Of a stretch of DNA of 64,000 nucleotides, positions 28,545-40,130 are shown piece after piece. The notes beneath the pieces were generated by a model. The model did not search any database, was not told where the DNA came from, and worked only from the letters and a program-made list of their open reading frames with translations. The stretch is from Octopus sinensis. Lineage: Eukaryota. The position numbers and the translations under genes are program-made. The stretch lies in the NCBI RefSeq assembly GCF_006345805.1, contig NC_043000.1, positions 115,506,001-115,570,000 of the forward strand. The letters are read 5' to 3'. Each line of letters begins with the position of its first letter. Within the stretch, counting starts at the first letter, position 1.

Positions 28545-28810
28545 CGTAGAAGTGGCTATGTGGTAAGTAGCTTGCTTACGAACCACATGTTCCGGGTTCA
28601 GTCCCACTGCGTGGCACCTTGGGCAAGTGTCTTCTACTATAGCCTCGGGTCGACCAAAGCCTTGTGAGTGGATTTGGTAGACGGAAACTGAAAGAAGCCC
28701 GTCGTATTTATGTATATATATATGTATATGTGTGTCTGTGTTTGTCCCCCCCCCCACAACATCGCTTGACAACTGATGCTGGTGTGTTTACGTCCCCGTA
28801 ACTACGCGAA
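28545..28810 (+). mobile_element. Type B SINE, 3'-truncated
   Basis: Consensus match. Confidence 0.75.
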
Positions 28811-28974
28811 AGCTACGTTGTTATCCTCATTCCGTAAACGGTGGCTTTTAACGGGTGGTGAGCTGAATCATCCTGGGGGTATAGAGGATTCGCAATCTAG
28901 ACTAGAGTCTGAAAGTTTACCACACCATAGTGTGGTTACACCGTGATTCCTCTGCTTTGTGGCAGAAATAGGAA

Positions 28975-29140
28975 GTAGTGAGAGAAAATTGTGGTGAAAG
29001 AGTACGGCGGGGTTCACCACCCCTCCTCGCCGGAGCCTCGTGGAACTTAGGTGTCATTGCTCAATGCCCGGTCTGGGAATCGAAACCGCGTTCTTACGAC
29101 TGCGAGTCCGCTGCCCTAACCACTCGAACATTGCGCCTCT
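28975..29140 (-). mobile_element. Type D SINE 5' part
   Basis: Reverse complement of the 883-1195 head and body. Confidence 0.6.
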
Positions 29141-29458
29141 ACTTTGTTGCTGTTGTCAGCAATTGTTATGAAAGTTTATGCAACGATCAAGATAGACAGA
29201 AGGAAAAAGAAAACGAGATAAACGAAGCGTAACAAATGAATTCCAGCAAGCAAACAACACTGACATAAGGTTTCCTTCGTTGTTGCATTTCATTATTGTC
29301 TTTTTACCTAAGGACAATATGCTTATAAATAGAAATCGCTGTCGTACGTTTTCAAAACGTCCTTGAGCACAGAAGAAAAGTGGCGTAACAGGATTGGTTA
29401 AAAGCAAAAAATTAAAAAAATTAAAAAACCCTACAAAACTGCAATATAACTGTAGTAT

Positions 29459-29788
29459 ATATTTCTTTACTACCCACAAGGGGCTAAACACAGAGGGGAC
29501 AAACAAGGACAGACATAGGTATTAAGTCGATTACATCGACTCCACTGCGTAACTGGTACTTAATTTATCGACTCCGAAAGGATGAAAGGCAAAGTCGACC
29601 TCGGCGGAATTTGAACTCAGAACGTAACGACAGACGAAATACCACTAAGCATTTCGCCCGGCGTGCTAACGTTTCGGCGATGTTTCGCTTGTCGTAGCAC
29701 ACGTTTCCGTCGATTTCCTCCGTCGATTGTCGATTTCCTCCGTCGATTTCCGTAAAAAATGTAAACACTGAATCAGCCATACGTACAT

Positions 29789-29819
<31 letters not shown>

Positions 29820-30187
29820 TAGATACACACACACACATACATAGATACATACACACGCACACACACATACATGCATACATACATATACACATACACCGAG
29901 TAAAAAATTTCAGTTATCTCTCTCTTTCACACATTACTCTCTCTGTCTCTTCGCACACACTAACAGAAGCACTTCACTTACATAACATACTGTCTGTCTC
30001 CCACACACCATCAAACACACACACGGGGACTTCAAAGAGAAACTTCCTCGTCATAAAATCGCTTCCTCTTAGTCTCTTTCGCTCTCATTACTTATGTAAA
30101 AAAATAAAAGTTTTTTACGGAAATCGACGGAAACTTGTGCTACGACAAGCGAAACATCGCCAACGTTTCTGCCAGCTCGCCGCCTTG
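29459..30187 (-). mobile_element. Type A SINE interrupted by a MITE
   Basis: 21-bp TSD actgcaatataactgtagtat (29438-29458, 30188-30208). Confidence 0.9.
29676..30161. mobile_element. Merlin-like MITE (486 bp)
   Basis: TIR GGCGATGTTTCGCTTGTCGTAGCAC; perfect 8-bp TSD aacgtttc; 5'-GG termini with 8-bp TSD fit Merlin (inference). Confidence 0.75.
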
Positions 30188-30438
30188 ACTGCAATATAAC
30201 TGTAGTATGACATGAAACGGCAATAACATTCATATACATTTCGTCTTTTACTTGTGCTAGGGGCACCGTCATAAAAGGCTTTAAGTTAAAGAAATCTGCC
30301 CCTGTCCTTATATTTTTTTCTTTGCTTCCATAAGTCTGGCTCTTATTCCATCAGAGTCTTTTGCCGAACCGTTAATTTGCAGAGGCCTAAACCAACCCAC
30401 ACCGGTGTTACGGGGCGGGGTGGGGTGGAAGGCAAATA

Positions 30439-30961
30439 CCGTAAATCCTCGAGTGTAATCCGCATTTCCCCCCAAAATTTAATGGTCAAAATCCTTAGTG
30501 CGTACTATATACGAGGTTAAAAATGAAAAAAAAATATTTTCTAAGCAATGTCCAAGTCTCTATTTGCTGTCCGGCAATGTTTATTCAGACGCATTTTGTG
30601 ATGTCGGGCGCGAAAATACCTTAAGCTAAGCCTGAAAGCAATGAAGTCATAAAAGAATCATCCATAACTTGCAGTAAGCAACATTTATTAAAATAAAAGT
30701 ATTCAGAATACAGAATAACATATAACAAAAACAATTTGCAAACATATTTACATTCCCATATAACAGTTAAGAACATCACAATTATTGTATTACGCATGCG
30801 CGGAAGTGTTTGTTCGACTAGGTGCTGCTGGCTTAATTACGTACGACTCAAGTTAGAGACGGGGTGCGTATTATACACAATGTTTAGGTTTTTCAGAGGT
30901 ACAGCCCCCTAAAAATCCCCTGCGTATTATACTCAAGGGCGGACTATACTCGAGGATTTAC

Positions 30962-30963
<2 letters not shown>
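30439..30963. mobile_element. Tc2/pogo-like MITE (525 bp)
   Basis: CCGTAAATCCTCGAGT TIRs, TA flanks; opposite orientation to 13040-13551. Confidence 0.85.
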
Positions 30964-31030
<67 letters not shown>

Positions 31031-31289
31031 TGTATGTATGTATTTTCGTCTGTGTTTGTCCTCCCAACATCGCCTGACAACCGATTTTGGTGTGTTGAGG
31101 TCCCCGTGACTTAGCTGTTCGACAAAAGAGAACGATAAAATAAGTACTAGGCTTACAATGAATAATTCCTGAGGTCGATTTGTTCGTCTAAAGGCGCTAC
31201 TCCAGCATGACCGCAAGAAGAAAAGAAAAGAAAAAGAAAGAAAGCATGAATGAAAGGGAGAAAGAAGAAAAGAAAGGAAAAGAAACCAA

Positions 31290-31513
31290 GTGCTTCAGTT
31301 GGTCGCCCGCCACAAGGTTCAATGGAACCTACTGAAGCAAGCCAACACTCTCGTGGCATTCCACGGCCGATGGCGAGGCTAAGGCGTTGGAACAGCCAAG
31401 TACTCTCATGGGCATCACCTGACGCCTCGGTAAGGCGAGCCATCGACGATGACAAGAACTTCGCTGTTAGCGGCCCAGTCCCTCCAGAGGTCTCAAACGC
31501 CACAGGCTGGAAG
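31290..31513 (-). mobile_element. 5'-truncated CRE-clade LINE 3' end
   Basis: VAFETSGGTGPLTAKFLSSSMARLTEASGDAHESTWLFQRLSLAIGRG; homologous to 37417-37620. Confidence 0.8.
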
Positions 31514-32769
31514 CAGCTCCATCGCGTTGCTTATTTGTTTCGAGGCCCCATTCCTTCAATCAAAATTCATAATCTACACACATTTTATTCATAGCTTTAT
31601 TTTACCTTATTCTATCTGAAGTTCAATATTTCACGTTATCCTAAAGAACATCTCTAAAAATACAATAAGCTAAACTTATTTAGGTCTTTTACAAATTTCA
31701 ATAAGTAAAACTTCCAGATATGAATAAAAGAGCACTTTTATAATCCAGGGAACTTTCAAAGACAAACACGGTGCACTTTTCGCTTTGTGAAATTATCGAT
31801 CAGTTCAGAATAATCAAGCTGAGAGCCAAGTTCGTGTTCAATAGATATCAAAGACAATCCACAAAGTCTGGTACACGTTCATGGGTCAACGTAATATTTT
31901 TACAAGAACAAAACCCCCGTTTTCGGCTACGGAGAATACGAATCTTCCCAAAAATTGGCAAAAATCGGCATTTTGAAATTATCCCTCCCTTCCCCGAATT
32001 TCTTCATTTTTTACTTTTTTCAGAATTTTTCTTTTTTTTTTTTTTTTCAAAATATCCGGAAAAATACAGAGATTATGATTCTGAAAAAATTTTCCAAAAA
32101 TTTTTGTAAAATTTCAATGAAAAAAAAAAAAAATGATCCCCTCCCCTTCCCTCGTAGTGTACGGCTATTTTTTTCAGAATTTTTTTTTTTTTTTTTCAAA
32201 ATATCCGGAAAAATACAGAGATTATGATTCTGAAAAAATTTTCCAAAACTTTTTGTAAAATTTCAATGAAAAAAAAAAAAAAAAATGATCCCCTCCCTAT
32301 CACTCGTAGTGTACGGCTATTTTTTTCAGAATTTTTTTTTTTTTTTTTTTCAAAATATCCGGAAAAATACGGAGTTTGTGATTCCGAAAAAAATTTCCAA
32401 AATTTTTGTAGTTATGGTTAGGGTTAGGGTTAAGGTTAGGTTTACGGTTAGGGGTAGGGAAAAACAAAAAATGAAGTGGGGGGGAAAGGGGATGGGGGTG
32501 GGCGAAATTTCCAAATGCCGATTTTTGGCAATTTTCCGAAATCTCTGTAATGGGGAGGGGGGGGGAGGAAGTCTTTCCTTTGCCGGTACAATATATGGCC
32601 GTTTTATTTCTTGAAATTTTCAGTTAACATTGATAATATATTTCTTGTTCAACATCTTAATCAAAGTAAACAGATGACTCATCTACGTACTCTGATCTTA
32701 ACATGGGGCCCCTCAACCGCGGAGGCTCCCTGCGACAGTAGGGCTTGCAGGGGCTTAACGACAGCCCTG
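31514..32769. mobile_element. hAT-type non-autonomous element with nested insertion
   Basis: Perfect 8-bp TSD gctggaag (31506-31513, 32770-32777); CAG..CTG ends; uninterrupted sister copy at 57440-58041. Confidence 0.85.
31910..32578. mobile_element. Inserted element with subterminal inverted repeats, ~153-bp tandem units and TTAGGG-like tract
   Basis: Absent from the sister copy; 28-bp IR at 31953-31980 / 32506-32533 (26/28 match); unit anchors at 32021, 32175, 32327; ttagggttaggg at ~32418. Confidence 0.7.
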
Positions 32770-33567
32770 GCTGGAAGATATATATATATATATCATTCTG
32801 AAAATTGGATATTTTAAATTAATTTTTTTTTTTTTGCAAATACATTTCAGATAATGTAGATTACGATTATGTTGGAATTTGATCGCGGTGGGAGAGAGAG
32901 AATCAGGGATGGAGTTGAGTATTTCACGCACCTTGACTTTTTTTCTTCATACGTTTTGAAGAAGTGTATGTATTACCCACTTCCCCATTTATTTTTCACA
33001 TCAAATTCCAATATAATCGTTGTCTACACCATCTGAAACGTATCTGTGGGAAATTTTATGAGGAAGCAAATTTGAGGTGAGGGAAATTTTATGAGGAAGC
33101 AAATTTGAGGTGAGGGTATACCGCTAGAAATAGCAGCTCTATGGAATCAAACCAGATTGTCTTAAAAAAGGGACTCATTGGACAATGTTGTCCTTGTTAT
33201 ATAAATTGTTGGGATGTGCACGGTTGAGATTAAATCTTCGCCATCAAGCTAACACCGAACACACATGTTGAGGCGAATACAATCTGTGTTAGTGAGAAAT
33301 AAATGTTGCATCATTAGATGTAAGGATGGAGGGAAAAGATAATATTTTATCGGTGGTGGAAGGAGGAGGAGGGAGTGATAGAGAAAGGAAAAGTAGGAGG
33401 GAGAGTAGGAGGGAAAGTGAGAAGGAGTGAGAGAGAAAGAAGAGGGGGAAATAGAAGTGTATAGATAACAAAGCAAATAGGGAGAGAGACAGAATAAGAG
33501 TGAAGGAGGGAAAGAAAGAGGGAGGAAAACTGTGAACGGAAGAATTAGAGAAGAAGGAAAACTAGAC

Positions 33568-33570
<3 letters not shown>

Positions 33571-33635
<65 letters not shown>
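33571..33635. repeat. (GA)n microsatellite
   Basis: Direct reading. Confidence 0.95.
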
Positions 33636-33638
<3 letters not shown>

Positions 33639-33836
33639 AATCGAACGGTCAGAAGAGGTGAGAGAAAAGAAATGTTAATGGAGAAAAAGAGAAGTATGAG
33701 TGAAGGAAGGAAAAAAATTACAAGATTTTGTCTGAAAATTTATTAATTATTTATCAAAAATATTCCTTCGTGTGTTGGTTGAGTTGCATTAAAAGTAAGG
33801 GTTTATAAAGCTACATTTCACAACTCGTCGATAGCT

Positions 33837-33925
33837 CTCGCGATAGCTCAGTTGGTAGAGCGGAGGACTGTAGTGGTATGAAAGTTGAAATCCTTAGGTC
33901 GGCGGTTCGAATCCGTCTCGCGAGA
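33837..33925 (+). tRNA. trnY: tRNA-Tyr(GTA) copy 1, 16-nt intron 33874-33889
   Basis: Complete cloverleaf, CTCGCGA/TCGCGAG acceptor, C1:G72, A73, A and B boxes, intron at 37/38, T-run downstream. Confidence 0.95.
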
Positions 33926-34512
33926 TCTTTTGTTTCATTTTTTCAAAAAAAGCTTTTTTTAAAGCAGCAATGAGGTACCAGAAATTTTTAACATATGGGA
34001 AACTAATTCCAATAACTACCAACTATATAGTTGTAATTTTCAAAAGGTTTTTACTTTCTCATTGATCTATCTATCTATCTATCTATCTACACACATCCAC
34101 ACACACACACACACACTCACACACACACACACACCACATATACACACAAACATGTTTTTTGTTATGTTACATGCTATATTCATTCATCAATGGCTTTGAC
34201 AGTTGCCATTTACTTTCTCACACAGCCCACGCGGACTCCGTGTTTGTTTACAAAATGTACGCTAGACGCTTGAAGCGGAAGTATCATATTCTGCAGCATG
34301 GCAGACGTCAAATTGTAGAAGGCTCATCCAGATTTTGGAAATGTACTTCTAGGGAGAAAAATTTTTTAAACTTACAAATGTCCTGCCCACACCATCGGGC
34401 AGTGCTCGGCAGGCCCACGCTGAATGCCTGTTTTCAAATAAAATATGCGGGCAAACCAGCGGCTGCTCATTCCCGTCGTTGAGTGAAACCACAGACAGCA
34501 ACCAGATATTAG

Positions 34513-34811
34513 AGATTGTTTGCCAACATAACAGGGCAGTCCTGGTTTAGGACTAATGTTGCTGTAATTTAGCCCCAGGAGACATCATCTCCAGCTGGCT
34601 ATACGACACGATCTGTGTCCTTATATTTTCGAACAAGGGAATCTAGCACCCCCACTCAGCTCAAAACAATATCTGTGTATCGCGATTCCCTTGTTCGAAA
34701 ATATGACACAGATCGTGTCGTATAGCCAGCTGGAGACTATGTCTCCCGGGGCTAAATTACAGCAACATTCATCCTAAACCAGGACTACCATGTTATGTTG
34801 GCAAACAATCT
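34513..34811. repeat. Long inverted repeat (hairpin element)
   Basis: Arms 34513-34643 and 34684-34811, 40-nt loop. Confidence 0.9.
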
Positions 34812-35061
34812 TTTCTACAAAGTACTGTTGCGGAATATCTCGCAGTTTTGTGAGATTTGGCTGTTGTTTCTAGCATGTGGATAGCCTGCTTGAAGGCTTG
34901 AGGGTATATATTGTTTTTTTTTTCTTGTTGAAAAATTGAAATTTTACATACAATTTTTTAAGAATCGTAATCTTCGTATTTTTCTATGTATTTCGCAAAA
35001 AAAAAAAAACCCAGAAAAAGTGAAAAGAGAAGGGGGAGTGAGGCGGGGCGGGTTAGGGTTA

Positions 35062-35280
35062 CCGATTGATCAAGGCGAGAGTTGAAAGTGGCACCTGAAC
35101 GCAGCTTGTCCCATACTCTCGGTTTCCGCCTATCCTCCACTGTAATCAGAACTGACAAACCCAGCTTTCTCTACCGTGATAGAGAGCTTGTTCCATCTTC
35201 CTGTTGGAATTAGTCCATTCTGGAGACGTATTTGCATTGCAAAATTCTTGATGTGAACTCGTGTCAACACAAATTTGGTG
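35062..35280 (-). mobile_element. CRE-clade LINE internal fragment
   Basis: RVWDKLRSGATFNSRLDQS; matches 38130-38180 at DNA level. Confidence 0.65.
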
Positions 35281-35349
35281 TGTCTTGGGTAGGGCCGTAT
35301 TAAGACCCGTAGACGCTATAAGCACTTAAAAAATTTGGTGCCCCATATA

Positions 35350-35744
35350 TCTATATATATAAAGCTGAAGTTGTCTGTATATGGCAGGTTTGGTAGCCTT
35401 CAACTAACACTATCTCCTGCGAGACCCTGCGGCTCAAGTTGACCAAAATTGAGAGTATGATAGAAGAAGGCTTGCTCTTCCTTCCGTAGAAGAAAAAAAA
35501 AATTCAAATCGGACCATGTTAACACCCAAAATTATTTACATCAAAAAGGTGCTTTTTTTCTATGAAAATCCCTGTTTTTTACAATTTTTTTACTGCTGTG
35601 TCGCCATTTTTCGGTGTATTTCAACCAGAAAAAACGTTCACTTAAAGAGAATAACAAGCTACATAATGCAAAATTTTTACTTTTAAAAAATTCCAATTCT
35701 AAAGAGTCGAAACAAACCCAAGCAACGCCGGGCGATACTGCTAG
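35350..35744 (+). mobile_element. Non-autonomous Helitron, family H1
   Basis: A|TC 5' end, hairpin and CTAG 3' end. Confidence 0.85.
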
Positions 35745-36019
35745 CTATTGTATATTTCTACTTCATTTATATTTGACAAAAATTTTCCTACATTTTACTT
35801 TTTAATCGCAGTCTTTGAGCAGGCCTTCAATATTGTTCTTACGTAACATACCTCTTTCTATACTTAGTAGAGATTAAAAAAAAGCATCTCGAATATTATT
35901 TTAGCAAGTTTAAAGTGATTTCTTTTGTGCCATAAACCATTTATCATTTCTCTGGTGTGTGTCCCCTCCCGTTTCCCTTGATGCCCTTTGCTTATTTTAC
36001 TTAACTTATATCATGTGAA

Positions 36020-36495
36020 GGTGCATGGGCTAGTGCGTCTAACAGTGGTTAGAGCGTCGAGCTTACGATCGTGAGGTTGTGAGCTCGAATCCTGGACCGG
36101 GCTGCGTGTTGTGTTGTTGAGCAAGACACTTTATTTCACGTTGCTCCAGTTCACTCAGCTGTAGAAATGAGTTCCAACGTCACTGGTGCCAAGCTGTATC
36201 GGTCTTTGCCTTTCCTTTGGATAACACTGGTGGCGTGAAGAGGAAAGGCCGGTATGCATGAGCGACGAGCTGGTAGAAACGTTAGCGCGCCGGGCGAAAT
36301 GCGTAGCCGTATTTCGTCTGCCGTTACGTTTGGAGTTCAAATTCCGCTGAGGTCGACTTTGCCTTTCATCCTTTCGGGGTCAATTAAATAAGTACCAGTT
36401 ACGCACTGGGATCAATGTAATCGACTTAATCCGTTTGTCTGTCCTTGTTTGTCCCCTCTGTGTTTAGCCCCTTGTGGGTAGTAAAGAAATAGGTA
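36020..36495 (+). mobile_element. tRNA SINE followed by type A SINE
   Basis: Head at ~36020-36260, type A body ~36263-36495 ending gaaataggtata. Confidence 0.7.
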
Positions 36496-36799
36496 TACAT
36501 GGGTGACTGATGGTCTTCCATAAACAACCTTGCCCGGACTTGTGCCTGGGAGGGTAAATTTCTAGGTGCAATCTCACGGTCAGTCATGACCGAAGGGGGT
36601 CTCAATCATCCGTTAGAAATGTAAGGTTTTTGTTTTCATATTTGACATATAAACATGTACATCTTTTAGAGCATAGTCATTTTATAAGATTTTGCTGGCA
36701 AATTTTTAAATTAACATAAACATTTATTTACACGAAAGGAAATTACCGGAGAATTTCCATCCAGTTCTAATTCTTTCTATTAAAACTGTATTGAAACCA

Positions 36800-37142
36800 T
36801 TTATTCTTTTACTTGTTTCAGTCATTTGACTGTGGCTATGTTGGAGCACCCCTTTAGTCGAACAAATCGACCCCAGGACTTACTCTTTGTAAGCTTAGTA
36901 CTTATTCTATCGGTCCCTTTTGCCAAACTGCTAAGTTACAGGGACGTAAACACACCAACATCGGTTGTCAAGCGATGGTTAAGGGACGGGACAAACACAG
37001 ACACAAAAATACATGTATGTATGTATGTATGTATGTATGTAGTATGTATGTATGTATGTATGTATGTATGTATGTATGTATGTATGTATGCATGCATGTA
37101 TGTACATATGTATGCATGTATGTATTTATGTATGTACATAGG

Positions 37143-37231
<89 letters not shown>

Positions 37232-37368
37232 ATCTACGATAAGCTTCTTTCGGTTTCCGTCTACCAAATCCACTCACAAGGCTTTAGTCGGCCTGAGGCT
37301 ATAGTAGAAGACACTTGCCCAAGGTGCCACGCAGTAGGACTGAACCCGGAACCATGTGGTTGGGAAAC
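36800..37368 (-). mobile_element. Type B SINE with expanded (TATG)n/(TCTA)n centre
   Basis: Both halves match consensus. Confidence 0.8.
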
Positions 37369-37379
37369 GGTGGGGAATT

Positions 37380-38270
37380 TTTTTTTATCACAGCCATTGG
37401 TCGCATAGCACAAGGTTTAAAGTAACCTACTGATGCAATCCAGCACGCTCGCAGCATTACCATGGGCGATGGCACGGCTAAGACTTTGGGAAAGCCAAGC
37501 GCCCTCAAGGGCATCACCTGACATCTCGGTGAGGTGAGCTGCCAACGTTGACAAGAACTTCGCGGTTATTGGCCCAGTTCCTCTGAACGTCTCAAACGCC
37601 ACAGGTTGGGAGTGATAGTTCACTATCAGGTCCCGATACTTCAAGGTTTTCTTTCGTTCGGCTACGGAAGCAGTGACCCTCACATTAACTGCAGCATCCA
37701 GGATGTGGAAGGGAACAAAAGCGTTGCAGATTGTGACATCCCAAATGAGGTACCCACCTCTGACCCAGGGACAGAGGGCAGGACCATTTAGTCTCTTTCC
37801 ATCACTTCTGGATAACCCCGACGGCTCCAGAACTGACGGGATATTAATCTGAGCCAGGGCCCGCTTAATGATTAGGTTTAGCTCGGTGTGACGAGCGAAG
37901 CGACCAGTATTTGGGCGGCAAGGCAGACTGTGAAGACCTGTGAGATCGAGGGGCCTACTAGAGCGGCATTTCAGTCTCCTACAGAGATCAGCTCCCACCC
38001 TGGGTGCGGTGGAGATGGGGAGTTCATCTAGATTGAGCAGACTTCCAATATTGGCCACCGACAGGGCATCAATCCAGTCCCCTCAGAATTTTGCATTAGC
38101 TGAAAATGGGCGACACCTTGAAAATTGATCAGATTGATCAAGGCGAGAGTTGAAAGTGGCACCTGAATGCAGATTGCCCCATGTTTCAAACGCTACAGCT
38201 TGGAAGAGAGAGTTCACGGTTAGGTCCCAGTACTTCAGGGTTTCCTTCCGTTTGGCTATGATCCTGCGCT
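37380..38270 (-). mobile_element. CRE-clade non-LTR retrotransposon, 5'-truncated (zinc knuckle and restriction-like endonuclease)
   Basis: ORF 37417-38058: H..C..GRFARH, EPSGLSRSDGKR(L)NG, WDVT, K..KY, VAFET, GNAASVL; poly-A at 37380-37388; catalytic PD decayed to LN. Confidence 0.85.
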
Positions 38271-39042
38271 GTTCTTGGGAGGACCATTATGCCAATAATA
38301 AGCAATAATAATTGGTTGAACAATTAAAGATTTGGTCAGTTAATAAATTGACTAATAATACTAATTCTTTCTTATTTTGACACAAGGCCAGCAGTTTTGC
38401 GGGGTAGGGGGTATGTCGATTACATCGAACCCTTGTACTTGGGTGGTACTAACCCTAACCCCTGTACTTGGGTGGTACGTATTTCCATCGACCTGAAGAA
38501 GATGAAAGACAAAGCTGACTTCGGCGGAATTTAAAAAAACAGTTCGCAAAGAACCGGATATACCGCTAAGCATTTTGTCCGACGCACCAACTGATCCTCC
38601 AGGCCACCACTATTATTCGGAAAAAGCGACAGATAGAATAATAAGTACCAGACTGTAAAAAAAAAAAAGAAAAAAGAAATACTGTGGTCGATTCAGGTCT
38701 GGATGGGTTAAACAAAAAACTTGTTCGGATATCTGGGCCGATTCGGGCCAGTTTAAATGCAAAAGGGTGAAGATAAACCCTCTGTCAATCACTAGAATCG
38801 ATTTATTCCATGACTCCATACTTGCCTCTAAATTTGTAACTTTCTGGTTTTATATTTTATCTTTTGGGTGGGGCACCGCCTCGAAGGGTTTTCGTCTCTT
38901 CGCAAACTGGCAAGTGTGTATTATTCTGTGGAATATTCCATTGTTCTATTGTTTTATAAAGGTTTATGAGCCAAAAACTTGAGTAAAAAAAAAAAGAAAA
39001 AGAAAAAGGAAGAATCTGCCAAAGAAAACAAAATAAAAAGAA

Positions 39043-39135
39043 TCTCGCGAGACGGATTCGAACCATCGACCTAAGGATAACAGGCATTTAAGATCAGACT
39101 ACAGTCCTCCGCTCTACCAACTGAGCTATCGCGAG
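39043..39135 (-). tRNA. trnY: tRNA-Tyr(GTA) copy 2, 20-nt intron 39079-39098
   Basis: Complete cloverleaf, T-run terminator. Confidence 0.95.
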
Positions 39136-39266
39136 AACAATTGACACTTTGTCAAATTAATACTAAGAGCCGAATTGGTGCAATCTAATCTTGAATATTA
39201 CTCATTTTCTTACTTAGCATTAATTAACCTCGCGTCTATTTTATACAGGACTGACAAGACTTATTG

Positions 39267-39490
39267 AGGTACTATTTAAGAAGAGTGGTCCCGGTGCGCG
39301 TACTCGCGCATCCGCGCTAGCTAGTCGTGACTAGTCGATCCTTACTTTGTATTTTTGCGTTTTATTTACTTTGTGTAAAAAAATTATTTATTTTGTGTTT
39401 GCTAGGAAGTCGTTGTAGGATCGACTAGTCACGGCTAGCTAGCGAGTACGCGAGTGCGCGCACCGGGACCACTCTTCTTAAATAGTACCC
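39267..39490. mobile_element. CpG-rich palindromic MITE, copy 2
   Basis: ~75-bp TIRs ending GGTAC/GTACCC; possible 3-bp TSD ttg/tta (PIF/Harbinger-like, inference). Confidence 0.8.
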
Positions 39491-39814
39491 TTATCGAACG
39501 ACACAAAACGTTTTGTTTCATTTAGAGATGACACACAATCCTATATGCATACATTAACACACACACACATGCACACACACACACACCCGCACACACACAC
39601 ACATACACACACACACACACACACACCCGCCCCGCACACACATGCAGACAGTAAGAGAAATTGTAGCTAAGGTACGCAAGGTAGAACACACTACGTACCT
39701 ACTTCTTAATATCCAGTTTTTCTTTTAATAAAAAAATCATATTAATGCGTTAACGCAGACATTTCTTATTATCTGATCTTTGATAAGTTTCTGTCAATAA
39801 AATGTTTATTTATA

Positions 39815-40130
39815 TCGTATCTTTTGCTTGTTTCGCTCATTAAACTGCGGCCATGCTGAAGCACTGTCCTCAAGAATTTTTAATCGAATGAATCCACCCC
39901 AGTACGTTATTTCTTAAGCATGTTACTTATTCAACCCATGTATTGGCGTAACTTCGGTATAGGTACCGGAAGTATCGGATAGATTTCAAGAAATCTACCA
40001 AATCCACCCACAAGGCTTTGGTCGGCCCGAGGCTATAGTAGAAGACACTTGCCCAAGGTGCCACGCAGTTGGACTGAACTCGGGACCATGTGGTTCGTAA
40101 GCAAGCTACTTACCACACAGCCACTCCTAC
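39815..40130 (-). mobile_element. Type B SINE with internal deletion
   Basis: Head at ~40130, tail at ~39815. Confidence 0.7.

Noticed and set aside
32410-32460. TTAGGG-like tract as telomere or telomerase template
   Set aside because: Short, degenerate and internal to a mobile element.
33049-33117. Perfect 33-bp tandem duplication (also 22-bp at ~45598 and 10-bp units at ~58453)
   Set aside because: Ordinary slippage-type duplications with no further structure.
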